The position numbers and the translations under genes are program-made. From assembly GCA_963720755.1 (NCBI GenBank), contig CAVRGP010000011.1:64001-128000 (forward strand): a stretch of DNA of 64,000 nt, given 5' to 3'. Shown in pieces: positions 27,106 through 35,360 of this stretch (position 1 is the stretch's first letter; every line of letters starts with the position of its first letter). Source of the DNA: an uncultured Chloroflexia bacterium (GTDB taxonomy: Bacteria > Chloroflexota > Limnocylindria > Limnocylindrales > CSP1-4). The notes below the pieces were generated by a model. That model saw only the letters and a program-made list of their open reading frames with translations, was not told the DNA's origin and did no database searches.

Positions 27106-28551
27106 ATGACTGATTCGACAGCGATCGTCTGGTTTCGCCGGGATCTGCGGATCCACGACCACCCGGCTCTTGTCGCGGCGGCCGCGGCGCATCGGACGGT
27201 CGTCCCCTTGTACGTGCTCGACCCGCGCCTGATCGGTGGGCGATCGGCCAGCCCGAATCGAACCTGGTTCCTCCTCGGATCGATCCGTTCGCTCGCATCC
27301 GAACTTGCCGATCGCGGCGCCCCGCTGGTCGTCCGGGTCGGTGATCCGGTGAGCGTCGTGCCGGACGTCGCCGCTGCCGCAGGCGCACACGATGTGTATG
27401 TTTCGCGCGATCACGGGCCGTACGGTCGCGCTCGAGACGCGGCGGTGGCCGGGGCCATCGGGGCGGGACGCCTGCATGCCGAGCCGGGGGTCCTTGTCCA
27501 CGAGCCGGAGACGATCGCTACGCTCGATGGGCGTCCGTTCAGCATCTACTCGCCATTCCGACGGACCTGGGAACGGCGGCTTCGTCGGGCGCCGCTCGCG
27601 TCGCCTGTCCGCCTTGCCGGCCACCGGATCGATCCCGGCACGATCCCGACGCTTGGCGACCTCGACCTCCCCTCATCCCCGACGGCGGATCCGGACCTCC
27701 TGCCCGAACCCGGCGAGGCCGCGGCCCGGCGACGACTCGAGCGGTGGCTGGCCCACGGCATCGATCGCTACGCGACCACCCGCGACCGACTCGACCTGGT
27801 CGACGGCACGTCGCGGCTGTCGGCCGACCTCCACCTGGGTCTCCTGTCCGCCACGGAGGTGGTCGATCGCGCCCTTGGCCCCGGTGATGGCCGACAGCGG
27901 TTCCTCGATCAACTCATCTGGCGTGAGTTCTATGCCCACGTCCTCTTCCACCGACCGGACGTGCGTCGCCGCGAGTTCCGAGCGGATCTCGCGGGCCTCG
28001 CGTGGTCGAACGACGGGGCCGCGTTGGCTGCCTGGCGCGCGGGAACGACCGGCTTTCCGGTCGTGGACGCCGCGATGCGCCAGCTGGCCGCGTGCGGCTG
28101 GATGCACAATCGGGCCAGGATGATCGTCGCCTCGTTCCTGACCAAGGACCTGCTCATCGACTGGCGGGCCGGCGAGGCGCATTTCATGCACCACCTGGTG
28201 GACGGCGATCTCGCCTCGAACAACGGGGGCTGGCAGTGGGCCGCCTCGACCGGGACGGATCCGCAGCCGTACTTCAGGATCTTCAATCCCGTCCTGCAGG
28301 GCCGAACCCACGATCCGCATGGCGAATATGTCCGACGCTGGGTGCCCGAGCTCCGGAACGTCCCACCCGAGCACATCCATGCTCCATGGGAGATGACCGA
28401 GGTGGTGGCACGGCGGTCCGGGGTCCAGGTCGGGTCGGACTACCCGGCCCCGATCGTCGATCACGCCGATGCCCGCGCGCGGGCGTTGGCCGCCTACCGA
28501 CTGGCGCGGTCTGTCCACAGCTCGTCCACATCGGCCACCGAATGGGGATAA
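27106..28551 (+). CDS. phrB: Deoxyribodipyrimidine photolyase (class I CPD)
   Basis: WFRRDLRIHDHPAL, TSRLSADLHLG, LIWREF, TGFPVVDAAMRQL, MHNRARM, NNGGWQW, FRIFNP. Confidence 0.95.
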   Translation: MTDSTAIVWFRRDLRIHDHPALVAAAAAHRTVVPLYVLDPRLIGGRSASPNRTWFLLGSIRSLASELADRGAPLVVRVGDPVSVVPDVAAAAGAHDVYVSRDHGPYGRARDAAVAGAIGAGRLHAEPGVLVHEPETIATLDGRPFSIYSPFRRTWERRLRRAPLASPVRLAGHRIDPGTIPTLGDLDLPSSPTADPDLLPEPGEAAARRRLERWLAHGIDRYATTRDRLDLVDGTSRLSADLHLGLLSATEVVDRALGPGDGRQRFLDQLIWREFYAHVLFHRPDVRRREFRADLAGLAWSNDGAALAAWRAGTTGFPVVDAAMRQLAACGWMHNRARMIVASFLTKDLLIDWRAGEAHFMHHLVDGDLASNNGGWQWAASTGTDPQPYFRIFNPVLQGRTHDPHGEYVRRWVPELRNVPPEHIHAPWEMTEVVARRSGVQVGSDYPAPIVDHADARARALAAYRLARSVHSSSTSATEWG

Positions 28552-28584
28552 CTTCCGCGGTGTTTGGACCGATTTCGTGGACAA
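28511..28584. promoter_or_regulatory. Cluster of DnaA-box-like 9-mers
   Basis: CTGTCCACA 28511, TCGTCCACA 28522, TTATCCCCA (rc, 28543-28551), TTGTCCACG (rc, 28576-28584); each is one mismatch from TT(A/G)TCCACA. Confidence 0.55.
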
Positions 28585-28589
28585 CCCCG

Positions 28590-28619
28590 TTGTGGTGCCC
28601 CCATGGCGGGCCGTATATT
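28590..28619 (+). promoter_or_regulatory. Sigma70-type promoter of the candidate ncRNA
   Basis: TTGTGG-N18-TATATT; predicted +1 at G28626 coincides with the first base of the terminal stem. Confidence 0.6.
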
Positions 28620-28625
28620 TCTCTT

Positions 28626-28806
28626 GCCCGAAGGGGCAGGTTGAACCGCCAGACCGGTCAGGGGAGCGATCCTCAGGACGGTCCCGGGAACCAGGTTCGC
28701 AGGTCGCAAGGCCCGCGAGCGAGGGACTCGGCGACGACCAGGGACTGTGGACTTGTTCGCAGCCTCAGGACCCGTCGAACGGAGGTCCCCACCAGTTCCT
28801 TCGGGC
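28626..28806 (+). ncRNA. Candidate ~181-nt structured ncRNA (6S-like rod or novel)
   Basis: 12-bp terminal stem GCCCGAAGGGGC/GTTCCTTCGGGC; internal stem ACGGTCCC/GGGACTGT; GCAA and GCGA tetraloop hairpins; no credible ORF. Confidence 0.65.
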
Positions 28807-28815
28807 GTTTCCATG

Positions 28816-28850
28816 CGCCCGGCACGGCCCCCAGCCGCCCGGCACGGCCC
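28816..28850 (+). repeat. 15-bp direct repeat CGCCCGGCACGGCCC x2 (20-nt period)
   Basis: Copies at 28816-28830 and 28836-28850. Confidence 0.8.
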
Positions 28851-29090
28851 ACAACCGCGTGGTCTCTGCCGCTGAGTATCCTCGTTCGTGTTCGGCTACA
28901 CCACAGGCCACATCTTCGCCAGCTACACATGGGGCTCGTGCCTGACACGGATCGGACGTCCAACGAGGCCGCCGGAACGACCGAGGGCGGTAGGCGTCCG
29001 CAGAAGACGAACCATGCTGCTATCTGGCGAGGACCCCGGACCAGTCGGGATCCTGGGCAGCATCCTCGCGACTTCCGCTAGTCTCCGCAG

Positions 29091-30380
29091 GTGCCCACGA
29101 CCTTGACCGAGCCCGATCTCGCCACGCCCCGCGCCGGGCAGGATTGGCGGATCCTCGTCGCCGTCTTCTGGGTCACCTCGATGGTCGAAGGCCTCGGCGT
29201 CAGCCAGATCTTCGCGCTGCTGCCGTCCTACCTGCACCAGATGGGCGTCCCGGACAGCCAGCGGCTCACGTTCATCGGGATCTTCAGTGCCCTGATCTTC
29301 GTGGTCGGGATGCCGCTCGTCCCGGTGTGGGGCGCCTGGGCCGACAAGTACAGCCGGAAGGTCGTCATCGTCCGGAGCGCCATCGTCGAGGCGGTCGTAC
29401 TCGCCGCAGTCGCCCTGGCCCGCGAACCCTGGCAGGTCGCACTGGCGATGCTCCTCGTCGGCCTCCAGCTGGGCAATACGGGCATCATGCTGGCGGGGAT
29501 CCGAGACGTGACGCCGCGCCGACGGCTGGGCACGACGATCGCCCTGTTCGGCGCGTCCGGCCCGGTCGGGTTCGCCGTCGGCCCGGCCCTGGCCGGCATC
29601 CTGATCGACGGTTTCGGCTGGGCCATCCCGGCGGTCTTCGGTTTCTCGGCCCTCCTGTCCGTCGGGACCGCGGTGCTGGTCACCTTCGGTTCGAAGGAGA
29701 TCCGTCCCGAGGTCGTGCCGACCGGCCGGATCGTGGACCTCGCCTTCTCGTCGCTCCGCGGCGTCCTAACCGACAAGGCCACGCGACGGATCTTCACGAT
29801 CTTCGGCATCTCGTTCGTGGCGATCCAGATGAGCCGGCCGTACATCCCGATCCTGGTCGAGGGGATCAACGGGCTCGGTCCCGGACTGGCGTCCGCGATC
29901 GCGCTGGTCGCCGGGACGGGGGCGCTGGTCGGGGCGCTCGTCTCACCGCTCGGCGGGGTCATCGGCGATCGGATCGGCTTCCGGCCGGTGCTCATCGCCG
30001 CTCTCGGCGGCGCCAGTGTCGTGCTGTTCACGATGCCACTGGTCGGGTCGATCGGGGTCCTGGCCCTGCTGGCGGTCGGGCTCGGGGCGGCGACCGCGAC
30101 CGTCAGCTCGATGATCTTCGGGTTGCTCGCCACGGAGCTCCCGCCGGAGCGCCGCTCCGCCGCGCTCAATCTCGTCTACCTGCCGCTCTATGCCGCCGGG
30201 ATCATCGGACCGGCCGCCGGCGCGCTGATCGCGTCGGTCAGCGGGGTCCACGGGCTGTTCGTCGCCGCATCGGCGGTGTTCCTGTTCGGCGCCATCACGA
30301 TCTGGCTGCGGCGCAACCCGGCGGTGAGCCCGCACCACGTCGCCGCCTCGGAACTGCCGCCGACACCCGTCGAGTTCTGA
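29091..30380 (+). CDS. MFS transporter (DHA1-like)
   Basis: WGAWADKYSRK, GVIGDRIGFR; about 12 TM; TAGTCT-N6-GTG. Confidence 0.88.
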   Translation: MPTTLTEPDLATPRAGQDWRILVAVFWVTSMVEGLGVSQIFALLPSYLHQMGVPDSQRLTFIGIFSALIFVVGMPLVPVWGAWADKYSRKVVIVRSAIVEAVVLAAVALAREPWQVALAMLLVGLQLGNTGIMLAGIRDVTPRRRLGTTIALFGASGPVGFAVGPALAGILIDGFGWAIPAVFGFSALLSVGTAVLVTFGSKEIRPEVVPTGRIVDLAFSSLRGVLTDKATRRIFTIFGISFVAIQMSRPYIPILVEGINGLGPGLASAIALVAGTGALVGALVSPLGGVIGDRIGFRPVLIAALGGASVVLFTMPLVGSIGVLALLAVGLGAATATVSSMIFGLLATELPPERRSAALNLVYLPLYAAGIIGPAAGALIASVSGVHGLFVAASAVFLFGAITIWLRRNPAVSPHHVAASELPPTPVEF

Positions 30381-30390
30381 GTCCGACGCG

Positions 30391-31356
30391 TCAGCCCGGC
30401 CGTCTCCGCGCGACCACGAAGCCGGCGACGAGCAGCGCGACCAGCGACCCGCCCAGCAGCACCGCGGCTTCGCGCGCCGCCACGAACTGGTAGCGCTCGC
30501 CCGGGATGACGACGTCGACCATCGGGTAGCGCGGGTTGCCGAACTCGTCGAACGGGTCGCCCTGACCGCCCTGGTAGAAGTAGTCGAAGCCCACGAGGGT
30601 GCCGTCGGGCAGAACGAACTTCTGGTCGAGATACCTGTCGCCCGGCTGGGCGCCCACGAAGGCCCCGCCGGAGCCGGTCGGATCGGCCGGGATGGCGACC
30701 GCCTCGCCGCGCAGGATGCCGTCGTACACGTTGATCACGCCAGTCAGCGCGATCGTCGCCACCAGCGTCGAGACGAGGATCGTCGGCAGCGCGCGGCCCA
30801 TGATCGCTCCGACGACCACCGCGATGGCGAACATGACGATCGCCCGTGCAGCGAGCAGGCCGCCGCGGACGCCATAGCCGTCGAACGAGCGTGACAGGTC
30901 TGCGCCCGGCTGGCCGGCCGCGAAGAACAGGTCCATCGCGGCGCCGGCAAGGACGGTCAGGAGGACGACGACCGCGAGGATCGGCAGCATCCGTGATGCG
31001 TACCAGCGCCAGCGTGACGGTCCCAGCGACCAGGCGAGCCGGACGGTCCCGCGCTCGAGCTCGCGGGCGACGATGGGTGCTCCGAGGAACAGTCCCAACG
31101 CGAACGTGACGATGAGCAGGGGCGCCAGCAGCAGGCCGCTGAGCCAGCCCTGCGCGTCATTGAACCGGTCGGCGGCGACCTGGCACGTCGACGGAATCGC
31201 GTCGTTCAGGATGCGGCAGTCGGCTCCGGGCTGGAGGCTGATCAGGTAGAGCGATGCGACGAACAGCGCCACGATGAGGGCCCCGAGCGCGGCACCGAAC
31301 GTCACGAGCTCGAAGCGCTGGAGACGCAGGGTCAGGCGCGTGCCGTCGAACCTCAC
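30391..31356 (-). CDS. ABC transporter permease
   Basis: GLFLGAPIVARELERGTVRLAWS; TM helices; GTGA overlap with the ATPase gene. Confidence 0.85.
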   Translation of the reverse strand: MRFDGTRLTLRLQRFELVTFGAALGALIVALFVASLYLISLQPGADCRILNDAIPSTCQVAADRFNDAQGWLSGLLLAPLLIVTFALGLFLGAPIVARELERGTVRLAWSLGPSRWRWYASRMLPILAVVVLLTVLAGAAMDLFFAAGQPGADLSRSFDGYGVRGGLLAARAIVMFAIAVVVGAIMGRALPTILVSTLVATIALTGVINVYDGILRGEAVAIPADPTGSGGAFVGAQPGDRYLDQKFVLPDGTLVGFDYFYQGGQGDPFDEFGNPRYPMVDVVIPGERYQFVAAREAAVLLGGSLVALLVAGFVVARRRPG

Positions 31357-32243
31357 GCCGCTCGACCCCCGGTCGTCGCCCGACTCGACCGAGTGCGACC
31401 TGCCGCCAGATGGCCGAGGACGACCTCCTCGAGGGTCGCCGGCCGGCTTCCCGGCACAGCCGCGCCACGCACGAGGCTCAGGCGCTCGCCCATGGGACCG
31501 GGGAATGATCCGACGATCGTCGCGGTCGACCCGAGGTCGATCGACTGCCCGCCGTCCGGCGTCTCGACGATGACGTGCTCCGCGATGGCGGCCGCGATCG
31601 ACAGGTCGAGAAGCGTCCGGCCGCCCCCGAGGACCAGCAGCCGATCACATGCCTGCTCGATGTCGGTGATCACATGGGAGGACAAGAGGACCGTCGAGCC
31701 GTCAGCGCGGGCGGCGTCGACCAGCACGTGCAGGAATTCGCGTCGCGCCAGCGGATCGAGGCTGGCCAGGGGTTCGTCGAGCAGCAGGACCGGCGCTCGG
31801 GTCCCGAGTGCCAGGGCGAGCCCGACCTGTGCCTGCTGGCCGCCGGAGAGCTCGTCCGCCCGCGACTGCAGCGGGATGTCGAGGTCATCGAGACGTCGCC
31901 GCGCGATACCCGCGTCGAACCCCGGCCGCAGCGTGCGGGCGAGGATGACGTGCTCCTCGACCGTGAGCTCGCGATACAGCGACGGCGCCTGTGGCACATA
32001 ACCGATCTGCGCCAGCGCGGCGGCGCGGTCGTGCCAGGGATCGATCCCGCCGACGGTCAGGCTGCCCTCCGTCGGCCGTTCGAAGCCGACCCATGCCTTC
32101 AGGAGCGTCGACTTGCCCGATCCGTTGGGTCCGACGAGCGCGGTGATGCTCCCGTCCGGCACAGAGACGTCGAGGTGGCGGAGTGCCCAGGTGCGGCGCC
32201 CGTACCGCTTGCCGATGTCGTGGGTCTCGAGGATCGCCACCAT
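31353..32243 (-). CDS. ABC transporter ATP-binding protein
   Basis: GPNGSGKST, LSGGQQ, LLLDEP, SSH. Confidence 0.92.
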   Translation of the reverse strand: MVAILETHDIGKRYGRRTWALRHLDVSVPDGSITALVGPNGSGKSTLLKAWVGFERPTEGSLTVGGIDPWHDRAAALAQIGYVPQAPSLYRELTVEEHVILARTLRPGFDAGIARRRLDDLDIPLQSRADELSGGQQAQVGLALALGTRAPVLLLDEPLASLDPLARREFLHVLVDAARADGSTVLLSSHVITDIEQACDRLLVLGGGRTLLDLSIAAAIAEHVIVETPDGGQSIDLGSTATIVGSFPGPMGERLSLVRGAAVPGSRPATLEEVVLGHLAAGRTRSSRATTGGRAA

Positions 32244-32329
32244 GCCTCCGAACGGAGGGGCGCCCGACGGGCGGTCCGTGGATGCTACTCGACGCGGCTG
32301 CCACGGGAGACGACCGCTACGATGGTGCC

Positions 32330-33334
32330 GTGCCGAACCTCGCCTTCCCGCGCCCGCTGCCCCGGCCCCGAGGCCGGCGCCACGCCGTGCCGGTCGACAC
32401 GATCTCGATGGTCGATGTCTCCGTGCCGGACATCATCGAGGCATCCGGCATCCGGTGGATCCATATCGAGTCGCCGCGGATGGCCGACCGCGACTGGCTC
32501 GAGAGTCACTTCGACTTCCACCCGCTCGACTACGAGGACGTCTACTCGCGGAACAACCGGCCGAAGCTGGACCAGTACGACGACTACGTGTTCATCGTCC
32601 TGCACTTTCCGCTGTTCGAGAAAGAGACCGGCCGGATCCTGACCGCCGAGCTGGACTTGTTCATGGGTCCGGACTTCATGATCACCCTGCCGAACATCCC
32701 GCTACCGCCGCTGACCGCGATGTTCGAGCGCTATCGCGAGAAGGCGGACCTGCGCGAGGCGACCTTCTCGAAGGGATCCGGCTACCTCCTCTACAAGATC
32801 GCCGACACCTGCGTGGATGCCTCGTTCCCGATGCTCCGGAAGATGGCGGTCAAGCTCGATCGGATCGAAGACGACATCTTCGAAGGTCGTTCGTCTGAGA
32901 TCGTCCGCGACATCTCGGAGGCGAAGCAGGAGATCATCAACTTCCGGCGGATCGTCCGACCCCAGCGGGCGGTCCTGCGTGATCTGGAGCGGACGAAGCA
33001 GCGCTACTTCCAGGAAGAACTCGAGATCTACTTCGACGACATCTCGGATGCCGCCGAGCGGATCTGGGACACCCTCGAGAACTACAAGGAAGTCATCGAG
33101 GCGCTGGAGTCCACGAACGAATCGGTGTTGTCACACCGCCTGAACGACTCGTTTCGCATCCTGACAGCGGTGAGCGTCGTCCTCCTGCCGCTCACCCTCA
33201 TCGCCAGCATCTTCGGGATGAATGTCCCGGTCCCGGGAGAACGCCAGGAATTCTCGTTCCTCGCGATCATGCTGATGATGGGCGTGCTGCTCATCCTGTT
33301 GGTCGCCTACTTCCGTCGACAGGGCTGGCTGTAG
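32330..33334 (+). CDS. corA: CorA-family Mg2+ transporter
   Basis: FHPLDYED, RPKLD, LPLTLIASIFGMN; two C-terminal TM helices. Confidence 0.92.
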   Translation: MPNLAFPRPLPRPRGRRHAVPVDTISMVDVSVPDIIEASGIRWIHIESPRMADRDWLESHFDFHPLDYEDVYSRNNRPKLDQYDDYVFIVLHFPLFEKETGRILTAELDLFMGPDFMITLPNIPLPPLTAMFERYREKADLREATFSKGSGYLLYKIADTCVDASFPMLRKMAVKLDRIEDDIFEGRSSEIVRDISEAKQEIINFRRIVRPQRAVLRDLERTKQRYFQEELEIYFDDISDAAERIWDTLENYKEVIEALESTNESVLSHRLNDSFRILTAVSVVLLPLTLIASIFGMNVPVPGERQEFSFLAIMLMMGVLLILLVAYFRRQGWL

Positions 33335-33347
33335 GCCCTTCGGACTG

Positions 33348-34493
33348 TCAGGCAGGCAGGTCCCGCTCGGCCGGTCCGACGTATCGGACATTCGGCCGGA
33401 TGAGGTGGTCCGCCGCCGCCTGCTCGAGGGCGTGCGACGTCCAGCCAGCGTGGCGGGCCAGCGAGAACGCCGCGGGGAACAGGTCCGGAGCGAGACCGAC
33501 GCCCATGAGCACCGGCGCGGCGTAGTACTCGACATTCGTCTTGAGGGCGCGTTCCGGGTGCTTCTCGGCCAGGACGCGAAGGACGACATCCTCGACTTCG
33601 ATCGCTCGTTCCAGCCAATCCGGGCGGTGCTCCATCCCCTCGGCCACAGTCCTTAGGGCGGCGGCGCGGGGATCGTAGGCTCGATAGACGCGGTGCCCGA
33701 AGCCCATCAGGCGCTCGCCGCGGTCGATGGCCCCCCGGACCCAGATCTCGGCCGACTCGGCGGTGGCCATCTGGCTCAGCTGGTCCACGACCTCGGACGG
33801 CGCTCCACCGTGGAGCGGCCCCTTCATCGTGCCGATGGCGGCCACGACGGCCGACGCGATGTCGGACCGGGTCGAGGTGACGACCCGGGCGGTGAAGGTC
33901 GAGGCGTTGAAGCCGTGTTCCGCACCGACGATGAAGTAGGCGTCGAGCGCTCGCGCGGTGCCCGCGTCCGGGCGCTCCCCGTTGAGTTGGTACAGGAAGC
34001 CCTCGACCAGGTCGAGGGTCGGGTCCGGATCGATCGGTTCGTTGCCGGCGCGCAACCTGGCGAAGGCGGCAAGCGCCGACGGCGAGAAGGAGGTCAGCGC
34101 CCGAGCCTGCTCGATGGTGGGCGGCCACGGCAGGTTCCTGGTGGCGCCCCACGCCGACACGGCAGTCCGCAGGGCATCCATCGGCTTCGTCGTGGCGGGC
34201 AGGGTCCGCAGGACCGTCATGACTTCGGGCGGGATCTCGCCGGTCGGCAGTCGATGATCCGGATCCCAGTCACCCGTCCAGAGCATGTTGGCGACGGCAG
34301 GGTAGGTGCCATGGGCCACGAGATCGCCGATCCGATAGCCCCGATACGTCAATCGCCCACGCTCGCCATCGACGAGACTCAGGCTTGTCTCGCCGGCGAT
34401 CACGCCGGCGAGGCCGGGCGAGTAGGGTGCGGGCGCCGATTCCGGGGCCGGCGTGGCCGTGGTGGGGGCGGTGGCAGCGTTCGCGTCAGGCAT
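33348..34493 (-). CDS. Citrate / 2-methylcitrate synthase
   Basis: GLAGV, LTYRGY, AEHGFNASTF, GPLHGGA, MGFGHRVY, NVEYY. Confidence 0.93.
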   Translation of the reverse strand: MPDANAATAPTTATPAPESAPAPYSPGLAGVIAGETSLSLVDGERGRLTYRGYRIGDLVAHGTYPAVANMLWTGDWDPDHRLPTGEIPPEVMTVLRTLPATTKPMDALRTAVSAWGATRNLPWPPTIEQARALTSFSPSALAAFARLRAGNEPIDPDPTLDLVEGFLYQLNGERPDAGTARALDAYFIVGAEHGFNASTFTARVVTSTRSDIASAVVAAIGTMKGPLHGGAPSEVVDQLSQMATAESAEIWVRGAIDRGERLMGFGHRVYRAYDPRAAALRTVAEGMEHRPDWLERAIEVEDVVLRVLAEKHPERALKTNVEYYAAPVLMGVGLAPDLFPAAFSLARHAGWTSHALEQAAADHLIRPNVRYVGPAERDLPA

Positions 34494-34547
34494 GGTCGTT
34501 GTTTCCCCTTGTGTGTGTCGATGGTAGTCCCCGGCTGCGGCGTTTGC

Positions 34548-35360
34548 TCAGGCGAGGAACGTGACGATCGACTCGACAAGGAGATCCGGATGGGTGTGAT
34601 GCGCCGCGTGGCGTGCACCTTCGATGATCGCGACACGACCGTCCGCGAGCTTCGCATCGAGGGCGACCGTGGCATCGCGAAACACCGGCAGGCTGTCGCC
34701 GCCCAGGACCTGCAGGACCGGCTGGCGGACGGCACCAAGTCGCTCGATCGAGGCGGCCGGATCCGCTTCCGCCCGGAGTTCCCGGAGGATCGTTCCGGCC
34801 GCATCGACTCGGGTCGGCCAGATCGGGTTGTGGCGATAGGCGGCGAGGTCGGCGGCGGACATCCCGACGACCTCGGACAGGAACATGGCCAGGGCACCAG
34901 CGAGGTCGCCGGACGCGATCCGGCGCTGGAGCCGGTCCTCGATCCCGAGCGGGTGGTAGGACGCGCCCGGCGGCGTCGGCGCTCCTTCGTAGGAGACGAT
35001 CCGCCCCACGCGTTCGGTCAGCAGCGCTGCCCCGAGCGCACACCGCCCTCCGTAGGAGTGACCGAAGACGTCGACCCGCTCAGCGGGTCGGGCAACGGCG
35101 TCGGCGACGGCCGCGACATCCTCGAACTCACGCTCGATCGCATAATCCGGGCCATCGCCCGATGCCCCCCGCCCGCGCCGATCGATGGTGTGGACGGTGA
35201 ACGTCGCGGCCAGGATCGGCCCGATGACCCGGAAGGCCGTGTGATCGGCCGTCGCACCATGGACGAGGATGAGCGGCGGGCCGGTCCCACTGGTGAAGAC
35301 CGCGATCGGCGTCCCGTCCGGCGAGATGACCTGGCGGCTCGGCTTGGCGGCGCCGGTCAG
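34548..35360 (-). CDS. Alpha/beta hydrolase, probable CUG start
   Basis: DGTPIA, GPPLILVHG, DRRGRGASGD and GHSYGG all lie upstream of the first canonical start (35009); CTG at 35360 has a GGAG SD; catalytic His region GARHAAH. Confidence 0.85.
   Translation of the reverse strand: MTGAAKPSRQVISPDGTPIAVFTSGTGPPLILVHGATADHTAFRVIGPILAATFTVHTIDRRGRGASGDGPDYAIEREFEDVAAVADAVARPAERVDVFGHSYGGRCALGAALLTERVGRIVSYEGAPTPPGASYHPLGIEDRLQRRIASGDLAGALAMFLSEVVGMSAADLAAYRHNPIWPTRVDAAGTILRELRAEADPAASIERLGAVRQPVLQVLGGDSLPVFRDATVALDAKLADGRVAIIEGARHAAHHTHPDLLVESIVTFLA

Noticed and set aside
28511-28620. Chromosomal replication origin
   Set aside because: No dnaA/dnaN nearby, no AT-rich unwinding element, and only imperfect boxes
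28655-28682. SRP (4.5S) RNA, from GGTCAGG-GGA-GCGA-TCC resembling helix 8
   Set aside because: The 3' side reads TCAGG rather than the conserved AGCAG, and the overall size and fold do not fit
28816-28850. CRISPR array
   Set aside because: Only two 15-bp repeats with a 5-bp spacer; no cas genes
28900-28936. NrdR boxes (CCACATCTTC, CTACACATGG)
   Set aside because: Weak matches, atypical spacing and no nrd gene adjacent
34548-35009. Truncated hydrolase pseudogene or frameshift
   Set aside because: The frame is continuous and intact up to CTG 35360; no frameshift is needed
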